A stretch of 61,518 nucleotides of DNA, counting the filler, from Nemertoderma westbladi (taxonomy: Eukaryota > Animalia > Xenacoelomorpha): the NCBI GenBank assembly GCA_032718475.1. It is 3 parts of 3 records of this genome, joined end to end, with 100 filler letters (N's around TTAATTAATTAA, not from the genome) between each part and the next. Parts side by side here need not be neighbours in the genome. Positions count along the whole stretch, not along the records: positions 1 to 23,956 come from JAUCBJ010004997.1; 2 more parts are not named here. One strand, 5' to 3'. The translations under genes and the position numbers were made by a program. The notes beneath the pieces were generated by a model. It saw only the letters and a program-made list of their open reading frames with translations. It made no database searches and was not told the origin of the DNA. How positions within the stretch are numbered: the first letter of the stretch is position 1; every line of letters starts with the position of its first letter. Of this stretch, positions 1 to 11,263 are shown piece after piece.

Positions 1-570
1 GGATTAATTCTCGGTGACTTCCAAATTCCTGGAAAGCCTATTCAAGGCTGCCCATGCCTTTCCCTTACGTATTCGAAGGTCCTCACCTGACTTCCGGATC
101 CATGATCCCAGGTAACAGAAGTCATCCACATTCTCAAGCATACCATCCTTTGAGCTTATGCTCATACGAGCAGACATTTCCTGAGGACTTTCAAAGTTAA
201 CTATCAACATTTTGGTCTTTTTGGAGTTAATAAAAAGACCAACTAACACTAGTAGCAGCCATGTTCTAATGAGCTGAAGAGCCGTTGTGCTCACTGTAGT
301 GATTCTGAGAGTACTCATTAGTACTCTCAGTTCTCATTAGTCATTAGCAAAGTCTTAAGATCAGTAAGGTACAGTACTTTGTTGGATTTCCTCGACTTCA
401 GGAGCCAGTGGGAGGTATTAGCATCACCCATCGTCATTATCATGATATAAGGACATGCGTAGACATAGTCAACCACACTTATGAATAAGAATGGTGAGAA
501 TCTGCCATACTGGAGAATCTCCCCATGAATTTCGAATAGATTTTGTGTTCCACCTAACGGGATCGAGATG
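1..570 (-). mobile_element. Degraded RTE-clade LINE fragment (RT C-terminal part)
   Basis: ORF 4..318 gives VDDFCYLGSWI...DLRIRKGKAWAALNRL, matching VDDFQYLGSWI...DIEVRKAKAWVALSKM of the RTE at 7710-10454. A decayed GVLQGD/PFLF-like segment lies near 480-530. Confidence 0.75.
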
Positions 571-1296
571 CCACTAATTTACCTTATCACATCGGATGTG
601 CTATACTGTACTTGTCGCTTCCTGTATAAAGTTTCGCGGTGTCTGTATTGTAAAAAAAAATTTCTGAACTCTTCGTTTTTTCTACACAGGGGTGGATTGG
701 TTCTAAATGTGGAGCAATTCGGATTTATTTATAAAGCCTTGCAAAGATTTATCGACATTTATATGAAAGATGGAAAACCCTTCCCCGTGACTAATTCCGG
801 CGAACAACGGAGGCGATCGAGGGGACAGGTTAGGTAAACGGCCGATCCAACCCAACACATCATCGAAGGAAGTCAGAGTTCGTTCGAGTTGATTCTCCAC
901 TGACGCAACCAATCCTCTTTGCTACGGAAATATGAATTTAACTAATATAATAATTAATGAGACTTACTGTATGTCCATCACAAATACTGTACACTCAATT
1001 CAGCCCATGTAGTTATATATACAATATTATACAGTATATAACTATATAGGACTATATTCTGAGACAGGGGGGGGGGGGGGGGGGGGACTGGACGCAAATC
1101 CCATCTTGGCGAATTAATATCCCGCCTCAATGTTGAATGCTTAATTTAGGGAAAGGAGCAGGTTACAGTGGCACGTTATTTTAACCAAAACAATAAACTA
1201 AACACAATAGAGCAGGTTACAGTTTTATTTTTGAGAATAATCAGCTGTTATTTGCGTCCAATTTCCCCTGGAGAGGGATGAATTTTTATTGCTTCC

Positions 1297-1345
<49 letters not shown>

Positions 1346-1639
1346 TATCTGTATATTCTACAAAGTAGTAAACCCCTAGCGGCAAATATAGGAATTTACC
1401 AATATAAGCAATTTAAATTTGCTAGTCATATTATGTTTTATTTGTAAATTCGAGTGGTTTTTTCGATGGTCAAATCGTACGGGGATTGGATGAATTGCAT
1501 ACTGTAGAGCTACACAACATACTGTAGGCCTACACGATAGGCCTACAGTTATGTTTTTACTTCGAGTGTTTGTCCCATGTCTAGATCATATGTAAATGAC
1601 ATATTAAAGTGCAATTGTGCAATTAAAATCAAACACCCC

Positions 1640-1815
1640 CAGATTTTTAATTCTAGGTCCGCCGGTTGGGCTGAGTTGTTAGGCAGGCAAGTATCGGTAT
1701 CTCAGGTATCTCATTATCTGACAAGCTAATATAATGGCATCGGTAGGCCTCTTTAACTACAACTACTGTACGCACATTCCACATACAACACAGGATGAGT
1801 AAAAAGTAGACTTTA
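1640..1815. repeat. Dispersed repeat, with an inverted copy at ~55605-55800
   Basis: gatttttaattctaggtcc...gagttgttaggca(ggca)agtatcggtat...acaggatgagtaaaaagtagacttta matches the reverse complement of 55605-55800. Confidence 0.65.
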
Positions 1816-1847
1816 ACATGCTTATTGTATGAGTTAATAAAGGAAAG

Positions 1848-2683
1848 GGCATTGATTTTTTATGTCCGATCTTTTGACTTTTTTGTCCGCCTTTCTTTAC
1901 GAATTGTTTATAGTGACTTTTGTTGTCCGTGTAATGATTTTTTATGTATGTATTTCTTCAAACTGTAAGACTGCTGATTTCTGGACTGTCTGACAGTTGA
2001 TTTCACTATGCCTGTGCCAAAACATTCAAAATTTGTTGATTTCTGGACTGTCAGACAGTTTAATTTACAATACTTGTGGCAAAACATTCAAAATTTCATG
2101 ATTTATAGACAATGAGATAGATTTCCATATGCGCCTTGTGGGAAAAGTTTCTATATTTAATAGTTTCTAGATGTTGTCGATAATCGATTTTCATATGACT
2201 GTAGCCAAACACTCATTTTATAGCCAAAACAATTACCAATTGATGAAAAGTGGCAGGTTAAAGAGGCAGGCTTTTCTAACCAAAACAATAAAAGAGCACC
2301 TTACCAATTGAGGGAACGGAGCAGGTTACATAGACCGGCTATTCTAACCATAAAACATTAAACACTTTGCCTATTGAGGCAAAGGAGCAGATTCCAGGCG
2401 GGTTTTTCTAACCAAAACAATAAACGTTCACTTTATTGGGGAAAAGAGCAGGTTGCATAGAAGGGCTATTCTAACTAAAACAATAAACGATCGCTTTACC
2501 AATTGATGGAAAGGAGCAGGCGGGTTTTTCTAACCAAAACAATAAATTATCACTTTATCTATTAGGGGAAAGTAGCAGGTTACAGAGGCGGTTTTTTTCT
2601 AACCAAAACAATAAACGATCACTTTACCAATTGGGGAAAGGAGCAGGTTACAGAAATTGAAATTTATAACCAAAATAATAAAC
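1848..2683 (-). mobile_element. Partial (one-ended) copy of the MULE/foldback-like element, inverted relative to 4887-6480
   Basis: Starts ggcattgattttttatgtc, the reverse complement of the 6462-6480 terminus. It continues through unique subterminal sequence into ~68-bp tandem units (2230-2683). Confidence 0.7.
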
Positions 2684-4435
2684 TATGTACCGGACGCATA
2701 TTTCCAATTGGGGTGTCGTTTCAGCCTATGGAAGTATATATCGGCTTCTAATTGGCTGTTTCTTCAATAAGCTCACCTCATTGGCTAACACTCTCCCATT
2801 GCCAAAAGGTGTGTCGGTTCAGCCAAATTGTCAGAAGGGGTGTCGCTGTCGCTTGGGGGAAATCACTTATTACTTATAAATTTTACTTAGGCCTGCCTAC
2901 TCCTTCCGTATTAAACAGGTAAATCACAATTATATTGTCATATTCACTAATGTCTGGTGTTATTTTTTACCACACCATTTATGAAGCATTTTTCGAAGGA
3001 TGATTTCGAAGATAATAAAAATGCTTCCTTTAGTAGACTATTAGCCTTCAATTAGAAGTTTACGAAGCATTTTCGAAGGAATAATTTCATACATTATTAG
3101 AAGCATTTTCGAAGCATAAAAAATACTATTTTTCGAAGAAAGAAAAATGTAACTGCTACCTACGAACAAGTCCAATCACTGGACCTGCCTGTGGATGGGG
3201 GGGGGGGGGGTGGCTTATCAGCCTATACCACCTTATCCTACCCTACACACTACTTCCCTATCCTAAAAAAAAGTTATACACTTATTAACGGAAGCGGCTG
3301 AGTATATAGAGAAATATATAAACAATATAGATTTGAGGGTATCTGTGTAAACTTTAGGTGATAATCGAAAAATTAGAATTTGTTTGTTTAAATTTAAATC
3401 ATTTCCCATATTTTCACTCATATTAGATTATTCGTGTTGATGAATCTAGTAAAATTAATTAAATTTAGATGCATTTAATTAATAATTATCCTTCACTGAT
3501 GATGGAAATATGCATTATTTTCCTGATAAATTATCTTCGTTTTCGAAGACAATTATCAGCCATATAAAGAATTGGTAATATTTTACATAGTATTGGACCA
3601 AACGACTGGTAAGGAAATGACCATACTGTATGCTGCGAATTCTCATCAGGTTTTCAAATCTGAAATTCGGGTTTCAAATTTCAGTTCCCAGTTACGAATT
3701 TAAATTCCCAGATACGAATTGTTCACAGTGATAAGTGTTTCTGGTAAGTGAATCTGAACCCTCAGTTACGTTCTACAGTAGTTACGTGTTTACATCATGT
3801 TCTAGAACATGGTTTATTTATTAAATAGAAAAAAATAGCCTCGCGCCGTGATTAAACATTCAACTTTCGAAAGCCCATATCTCAGCTATGTTCATATCAT
3901 GCTATTCATTAAAATTTGTATAAAAGTTACGGAAGGAGGGGGGGGGGGGGGGGGGGGTGTCATGTTTTTGAATTACAACACTAAATTACAATATTAAATT
4001 TAAAAGCATTCAATAATTATTTAATTCATTTTCTTAATCAAAGATACCTTGGTGTAGTGGTTGCATTGAATTCACATCTCTTGGAGGTCGTGGGTTCAGT
4101 GTTCAGTCTGAGATCTGACAGTGCTGCAGTATGTATTCCAAAGAAAAAATACGGCACGGGTCAGCAGGTACGGAACTGCAAACTGTGCTGCGATATGTTG
4201 TACCGGTAGGTACATACAGTATGTACATGTGCTGATGTGCGATGTGCCGATTGTACAGGGTGACCGGGGTGCATGATAGCAAGAAAATATCTGAATGTTA
4301 AAATGTTAAATATTAAAATTTGAATTTTAAATAAAAGTATTTAAAAATAATTATTAATTAAGAATATATTTTATACAGTATAAAGCAGTAGAGTAACTAG
4401 TTTTTGTATCGTTATAGTAGAAAAGGATATATTTT

Positions 4436-4518
4436 TAAATAAATCAATTGGAGATGAGCTGTTGCAACTGTAATTAAAGGTGTAATATTATGGTTTTGTT
4501 CAGAAGTGGGAAAAAAAA
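4436..4518 (-). repeat. Inverted copy of the distal part of the retrozyme monomer
   Basis: aattggagatgagctgttgcaactgtaattaaaggtg...gttcagaagtgg is the reverse complement of 4805-4875. Confidence 0.85.
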
Positions 4519-4528
4519 TAAAAATGTA

Positions 4529-4886
4529 TTTAATTAATATCACCTGGCAGCAATACTCGAGCTGAATATTTATTTATTTGTACTTCCCCCCTGTTTCATT
4601 CTAGCATACTTGAGGCCGTTAGGTCCGCAGTTAGAGATAGAATATATGCAACTTAAGACTGCCCGTTCCATAGAAGTGGATTAGGTGGGAGTGTGAGTGT
4701 GAGTGTCTGGGACTAGTGGCTGAGCTGGTTAGCGCAACTGGTGAGGCCTGGTAGGCCGAAAGGTACGTATAGCGCTGGTTCAACCCCCGGTGACGCGCTT
4801 TCTCTTTTTTCCACTTCTGAACAAAACTATAATATTTACACCTTTAATTACAGTTGCAACAGCTCATCTCCAATTTATTTAATTAA
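4529..4886 (+). mobile_element. Retrozyme/SINE-like monomer (~349 bp) with tRNA-like A/B boxes and an embedded hammerhead
   Basis: TTTAATTAA recurs at 4529 and 4878, giving a 349-bp period. A box TGGCTGAGCTGG at 4717-4728, B box GGTTCAACCC at 4777-4786. Homologous to 33755-34022 and 6481-6560. Confidence 0.8.
4731..4776 (+). ncRNA. Type I hammerhead ribozyme, mutated core (probably inactive)
   Basis: agcgcaa-CTGGTGA-ggcct ggt aggcc-GAAA-g gtac g-TA-tagcgct. The core reads CUGGUGA instead of CUGAUGA and stem III has a mismatch. Confidence 0.75.
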
Positions 4887-6480
4887 CGCAATAATTTTTA
4901 TTGTCCGTTTTTATCGTTTTTTTGTCATTTTTTTTTGATTTTTTATGTCATCCAAAAGTCTAATGTTATTCTGTATTTTAGTACCGGTACCGGCACTGGT
5001 ACTGCTATAGGCCTACTGTGTAGCCTACCATTAAATACGGTAATGGTAGGCCTACTGGCCTACCGGTTGTGCTAATAAATTTTAAATAATTGATAGGAGA
5101 ATAATATCTTTCACATATTTTAGGCCTATTACTGTAATATTTTTATAATCAATAATGGATCATGACTACTGTCTGAGTAGTGTTACGGATAGCGGCACCA
5201 CTACTTCCAACAGCACAGATCAGTTCATAAACTCATCCGTACTCGAAAAAACTACTTATACATGTTATACCCCGTTACCGTTTGATACCGGTAGTCACAA
5301 TGATAGCGAAAACAACGACCCGTTTTTAGCCCAAAGGATCGGACGGCCAAGAGGTTCGTCCAATAAAGGGTATATACGGATTCGTACATTCTCAGACGTT
5401 GACAGTTTGGTTAGAAAATCCCGCCTCTGTAATCTGCCCCTTTCCCTCAATTAGCTAAATGATCGTTTATTGTTTTGGTTAGATAATCCCGCCTCTGTAA
5501 CCTGCTCCTTTCCCTCAATTGGTAATGTTATCGTTTATTGTTTTGGTTAGAAAATCCCGCCTCTGTAACCTGCTCCTTTCTCTCAATTGGTAATGTTATC
5601 GTTTATTGTTTTGGTTAGAAAATCCCGTCTCTGTAACCTGCTCCTTTCTCTCAATTGGTAATGTTATCGTTTATTGTTTTGGTTAGAAAATCCCGTCTCT
5701 GTAACCTGCTCCTTTCCGTCAATTTGTTAAATGATCGTTTATTGTTTTGGTTAGAAAATCCCGCCTCTGTAACCTGCCCCTTTCCCTCAATTAGTTAAAT
5801 GATCGTTTATTGTTTTGGTTAGATAATCCCGCCTCTGTAACCTGCTCCTTTCCCTCAATTGGTAATGTTATCGTTTATTGTTTTGGTTAGGAAATCCCGC
5901 CTCTGTAACCTGCTCCTTTCCCTCAATAAGTTAAGTGATCGTTTTTTGTTTTGGTTAGAAAATCCCGCCTCTGTAATCTGCTCCTTTCCCTCAATTAGTT
6001 AAGTGATCGTTTATTGTTTTGGTTAGAAAATCCCGTCTCTGTAACCTGCTCCTTTCCCTGATTTGGTAAAGTGACTGTTTATTGTTTTGGTTAGAAAACT
6101 CGGCCTTAACCTGCTCCTTTCCATCAATTGGTAATTGTTTTTGGCTATAAAATGAGTGTTTTGCTACGTCATGTGGTAATCGATTATCGACAACAACCAC
6201 AAACTATTAAATATAGAGTCTTTTTACCACAGGCGCATATGGAATTCTATCTCATAGTCTATAAATCATGGAATCATGGAATGTTTTGGCACAGGCATAG
6301 TGAAATCAACTGTCTGACAGTCCAGAAATCACCAGTCTGACAGTTTGAAGAAATACATACATAAAAAGTCATTAAAATGACAATAAAAGTCATTAAATGG
6401 ACAACAAAAGTCATTATGCATAATTCGTAAAAAAAAAATGACAAAAAAAGTCAAATAAAATGACATAAAAAATCACTGCC
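4887..6480 (+). mobile_element. Non-autonomous Mutator/foldback-like DNA transposon
   Basis: 9-bp TSD TTTAATTAA (4878-4886 and 6481-6489). Imperfect TIRs (cgcaataattttttattgtc / gacataaaaaatcactgcc). Internal 68-bp array. The short ORF at 5155 (RIGRPRGS AT-hook-like) may be a truncated transposase N-terminus. Confidence 0.75.
5403..6140. repeat. 68-bp tandem array (~10-11 units)
   Basis: Unit atcgtttattgttttggttagaaaatcccgcctctgtaacctgctcctttccctcaattggtaatgtt starts at 5462, 5530, 5598 and onward. Confidence 0.92.
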
Positions 6481-6560
6481 TTTAATTAATATCACCTGGC
6501 AGCAATACTCAAGCTGAATATTTACTTATTTGTACTTCCCTCCTGTTTCACTCAAGCATA
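6481..6560 (+). mobile_element. Start of a second, truncated retrozyme monomer, originally tandem with 4529-4886
   Basis: tttaattaatatcacctggcagcaatactcaagctgaatattt... is near-identical to 4529-4608. Confidence 0.8.
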
Positions 6561-7516
6561 TACCATACACTCAGACTTTCAGACTCTGGATACATACTGT
6601 ATGGATTACCGCGCCTTTAAAGACAGACACAGCATCACACAGTAATTAATGGATTTATTTCATAAACAATATGAATGGCACTGGACATAATATACATGAA
6701 TTTTCTTTGCATCATATTATGATATTATTATGTAATCGACAGTTCTAAAGAACTGATAACTTTGTACTAATTTACTGCTAAATTTGGTCCCTAGATAAAA
6801 ATATACGGATTATTAGTAGGCATAACTACAGTATATAATTATCATTTTACTCTACAGTATTTGCCGGATAAAACATAACATACAGTAACTAGGCATAACT
6901 AAACAAAACTAAGCTATTTGAAAAGTCTATAAATTTATCCTTTGTTTTAGAAGGTAATTTATCCTTCGAATAGCGGCATAAATTATCATTCTAAACGAAG
7001 GATAAAAATTATCAATTCATCCACCCTTCAAAAAGTCTACAAATTTATCCTTCGTTTAGAAGTATAATTTATCCGGCGAATAGTAGGCATATTTCGACGA
7101 ACTTTTGACGAACTGGCGTATCAACAGTTTTTGAAAAATTATATTTCTCCCATAAATCGCGTTTAAAGAAAAATGGTTTTTCATATTTGGTCTTTTGACT
7201 CCGAACAGGCACTTGAACACTTAAAAATTGGCACAATGGGGTAATTTGAAACGCCCTATCTATCTACAATTATTATAATCACCAATATTTTTGTTATTTC
7301 GTCATACTGGTTATACGCCAGTTCGTCAAAATAATAATGAAAAGTTTTCTAGTAAACACCAGTTCGTCAAAATACAGTTTTATTGTTTCACACTGATGCG
7401 ATATTTATTTCAATATAAACAAAAATTTTAAAATCGTGTTTCGAAAGAAATAATCCCCTTGAATTACAATATTGATTCAATTTTCGTAACTTTTGGTATT
7501 GACTATTTGGTATTGA

Positions 7517-10463
7517 AGACGCTTGTAGGAGTTGCGACCACAAGCGGTTTACTCCCGCAACTGAAAGATATGAGTATGAGAACCCTCCAGGAGAAATACC
7601 GGCTCGGTCGTCGCCCGGGTCAACAAGGACCGCGTCCCTCAGTGGTACACCAGGTAACATCGACATCATCTGCATCCAAGAACATCGGATTTGTCATGAA
7701 GACACTGCCATGAAGTACAATGACATTGGAAATGGATGGACATTAGTAACAAGCTCAGCAGTAAGAAACTCGGCCAATGCATCAATTGGTGGAGTAGGAA
7801 TTCTGCTAAGCCCATTTGCACTTAAGACCCTAAACAACATCGAATCTATAAATTCCAGGGTTATGATCGCAACATTTGATGGGAATCCCAAGACAACAGT
7901 TATATGTTGTTACAGTCCAACCAATGCATCAGAGCCAGAACAAGCAGTCAAGTTTTATGAAGAACTGACTGGACTTATTAAGGACATCCCGAAACACAAT
8001 GTTAAAGTCATTGCTGGTGACCTGAATGCGCAAATTGGCCCAGAAGACATCAAGGGTTACACCTATAACACCAGTTCTAACAGAAATGGGTACTTACGTT
8101 TAGACCTAATGGAAGAATGTGAATTGATACCAACAAACAATACATTCGAAAAGAGTAACGGGAAGCTATGGACCTTTCAATACCCTAATGGAACCAAAGC
8201 ACAACTGGATTACATCCTTATAAACAAAAAGTGGCGAAATAGCATGATCAACTGCGAGGCATACAGCTCGTTCAACCTAATTGGTTCGGACCACAGAATT
8301 GTGACTGCAGAGATCAGACTCAGTTTGAGAGCCAGCAAACCCAGGACAAGCAAGCAAATCAACTATGACTGGGAGAAACTCAGAACTGACAATGCTGTAA
8401 AGGATGCTTATACAGTAGAAGTTCGAAACCGCTTTGAAGCACTTCAGTCAATGGATGAAGACCAATCCACAGATTCAATATACCAGAATATAATAACAGC
8501 CCACAAGGAATCAGCTAAGAGGCATATCCCCCAAAAACCTAAACGAAAACAGTATGTGCCATGGCAAAACTCTGAGGTTACTTGTAAGAGAGAAGATCTT
8601 AAGATAGCCTACAAAGTTAAAACCGAACAACCAACAACCGAAAACATTAACAAGGTTGAGAAAGCTAAGGACGATCTTAAATTGGCCTACAACATCAGCC
8701 AGGAAAAGTACATACAGGATAAAACTGAAGCAATTACAACTGCTCACATACAGCAACAATCAAGACTTACCTGGCAAACTGTAAATGAGGTATCTGGTCA
8801 GAAAAGTTGTGCAAAGGGGCGCCTCAAAGCCGATAGTCCTGAAGAACGTGTTGGGAAGTGGAAAAATCACTTCAGCCACTTGCTTGGGCAGCCACCAAAC
8901 ATCGAGGTCAGCCCTACAAGGAAAATATATGACAAGACACTACCTATAGAAACAGGGGACTTCACACCTGCCGAACTCCAAAGAAGCATTAAAAGCATGT
9001 CCAATAATAAAGTGAGTGGATTAGATGAAATCCCAGCGGAGGTATGGAAAACCGGAGTGCTAAATAGACCATTATTGAATGTTTGCAACCGGATGTTAAA
9101 AGGGGAAAAGCCACCACCAATTTGGACTAAAGGTCAACTAAAGCCTCTCCCCAAGAAAGGAGACCTCGGCATACCAACAAACTATCGTGGGATCTGTCTG
9201 CTTGTGGTAGCTGCCAAAATATACAATAAAATGATTCTATATGGGATTAGGCCTCACATAGAGAAACTACTGCGTAAGAGCCAAAACGGATTTCGACCAA
9301 GTAGATCAACAATAGCTCAGATACTTGCACTACGGAGACTGATTGAAGGAATTAAGTCAAAGAATCTCCCCGCAGTCATGACTTTTGTGGACTTCAAGAA
9401 GGCATTCGACTCCATCCATAGAGGTAAAATGCTTGAAATCCTAAGAGCTTATGGAATACCAGAAGTAATTGTTGCTGGCATTGGATTGTTATATTTTGAC
9501 ACAGAAGCGCAGGTACTCTCACCAGATGGTGAAACTGAGTTTTTCTCAATCCTGGCTGGCGTACTGCAAGGTGACACATTAGCACCATTACTATTTGTAA
9601 TTGTGCTGGATTACGCAATGAGGACGGCCACAAAGGGTGAAGATCTGGGATTCACACTTCAAGAACGCAGAAGTAGTAGATATCCGGCAACTACAGTCAC
9701 AGACACCGACTTTGCGGATGACATCGCCCTGCTCTCTAATACGCTAGCAGATGCACAGCTTCTACTAAATAAAGTGGAGAGGGCTGCTAAGGAGGTTGGA
9801 TTACATATAAATGCTACCAAGACCGAATTCATGACCTTTAATGTTGATGGAAACTTGACAACCATTGATAATAATCAACTAAGGAAGGTCGATGACTTCC
9901 AGTACCTTGGATCATGGATAGAGAGTAGCAAAAAGGACATAGAAGTTAGGAAAGCAAAGGCTTGGGTAGCTCTATCAAAAATGGATACCATCTGGAAATC
10001 AGATCTCTCCAGGCACCTGAAGACTAAGTTCTTTCGAGCCACAGTGGAAAGTGTATTTTTATACGGCGGTGAGACCTGGACACTGACTAAATCACTTGAA
10101 CAACGAATTGATGGTTGCTACACAAGACTACTAAGGGCAGCCCTAAACATCAGCTGGAGACAACACATGACAAACGCCGAGCTTTATGGTACAATACCAC
10201 CTGTATCAACCACCCTCCGTGAATGCAGATTAAGATTCAGTGGGCACTGCTGGCGAAGTAAAGACGAGGTCATACCAGATCTACTTCTCTGGCAACCAAC
10301 TCATGGAAAGCGTAGTCGTGGACGACCTGCCATAACATATATAGATCAACTTGAAAGGGATACTGAACTTGGGAGAAACGAAATTGTGACAACTATGGAG
10401 AATCGGGAAGCCTGGAAGGATCTCATTTCCACTGTCCGAGTTCGCTCGACCTAGTAGTAGTAG
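7517..10463 (+). mobile_element. RTE-clade non-LTR retrotransposon
   Basis: 10-bp TSD TTGGTATTGA (7507-7516, 10464-10473), (TAG)4 tail and a single APE-RT ORF. Confidence 0.92.
7710..10454 (+). CDS. RTE APE endonuclease-reverse transcriptase (frame open upstream through IDIICIQEHR at 7659)
   Basis: APE motifs GVGIL, YSPT, GDLNA, LDYIL, SDH. RT motifs NYRGICLL, QNGFR, FVDFKKAFDS, GVLQGD, FADD, YLGS. RTE-type tail RSRGRPAITYID. Confidence 0.93.
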   Translation: MKYNDIGNGWTLVTSSAVRNSANASIGGVGILLSPFALKTLNNIESINSRVMIATFDGNPKTTVICCYSPTNASEPEQAVKFYEELTGLIKDIPKHNVKVIAGDLNAQIGPEDIKGYTYNTSSNRNGYLRLDLMEECELIPTNNTFEKSNGKLWTFQYPNGTKAQLDYILINKKWRNSMINCEAYSSFNLIGSDHRIVTAEIRLSLRASKPRTSKQINYDWEKLRTDNAVKDAYTVEVRNRFEALQSMDEDQSTDSIYQNIITAHKESAKRHIPQKPKRKQYVPWQNSEVTCKREDLKIAYKVKTEQPTTENINKVEKAKDDLKLAYNISQEKYIQDKTEAITTAHIQQQSRLTWQTVNEVSGQKSCAKGRLKADSPEERVGKWKNHFSHLLGQPPNIEVSPTRKIYDKTLPIETGDFTPAELQRSIKSMSNNKVSGLDEIPAEVWKTGVLNRPLLNVCNRMLKGEKPPPIWTKGQLKPLPKKGDLGIPTNYRGICLLVVAAKIYNKMILYGIRPHIEKLLRKSQNGFRPSRSTIAQILALRRLIEGIKSKNLPAVMTFVDFKKAFDSIHRGKMLEILRAYGIPEVIVAGIGLLYFDTEAQVLSPDGETEFFSILAGVLQGDTLAPLLFVIVLDYAMRTATKGEDLGFTLQERRSSRYPATTVTDTDFADDIALLSNTLADAQLLLNKVERAAKEVGLHINATKTEFMTFNVDGNLTTIDNNQLRKVDDFQYLGSWIESSKKDIEVRKAKAWVALSKMDTIWKSDLSRHLKTKFFRATVESVFLYGGETWTLTKSLEQRIDGCYTRLLRAALNISWRQHMTNAELYGTIPPVSTTLRECRLRFSGHCWRSKDEVIPDLLLWQPTHGKRSRGRPAITYIDQLERDTELGRNEIVTTMENREAWKDLISTVRVRST

Positions 10464-10957
10464 TTGGTATTGATAAAATTTGGATATTATTAGTATTACT
10501 CTTTTATTTAACAAAGCTCATTCATTATAGAACATACGGTTATTACGGTTGCTAAAATTTAATAGTATATTTTAAAGTTTACAATGTCCTGTCCCTAGAC
10601 GTGACAAGGTTGCTCCTTCTTGGTCTGGTCTCTAAGCTTCAAGCTTTATTGGTGAACAAGCTGACGGTAGAATGAGTCATAAGGCGGACGAATGACTGGT
10701 TTGTTGCCTTCACATAACTTCATGAGATCGTCAAATTTACCTCTTGCGAGCCTCGGACCACCACCGCCCCCATATGCTTGCACAGGGAATACAATATCGC
10801 TGTTCCTCTTAGTTGGCAGTGTTATGGAATCAAATGTTTCCTGGCTATGGGAGTATTTGAAATATAGTTTTGATGCCTCCTGTTTCTTCAACTCAAACTC
10901 TACCATATTCACCCAATTGATGTCATTCCCAGAATCGCTCAACCATTGCCTCAAAAC

Positions 10958-11223
10958 TGTTAGAAGTTGAAGTGTATATATCGAATATCATTATAATATA
11001 ATAGGCCTACTAGCCAGACATGACTGCAGATATATAAACCTAGCGCAGTACAGCAGTACTTCTGACAGTCATTGTAGATGCTCAGTACCGGTTGCCGGTA
11101 GCACAATGATAAACAATAATGTAATACAACTAGAGTATTTAAATTTCCCACCACACCATTAAGATACTGATCATCGCATAATATATTGTCATACAGTTTA
11201 AAGGTAAGTTACAGTTTCTAACA
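10958..11223 (-). repeat. Copia 3' LTR
   Basis: TGTTAGAA...TTCTAACA. I counted 2 substitutions relative to 15706-15971. Confidence 0.96.
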
Positions 11224-11263
11224 CTCCCACTTGACAATAATAATTATGCGACATTGAATTTAA

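Noticed and set aside
1066-1345. Long poly-G/poly-C runs as regulatory G-quadruplexes
   Set aside because: Such runs occur throughout the window within repeats, homopolymer lengths are unreliable, and there is no specific evidence of function.
4709-4795. Functional tRNA gene (also 33936-34022 and ~4045-4100)
   Set aside because: A and B boxes are present but there is no anticodon arm or proper acceptor stem. These are repeat-derived.
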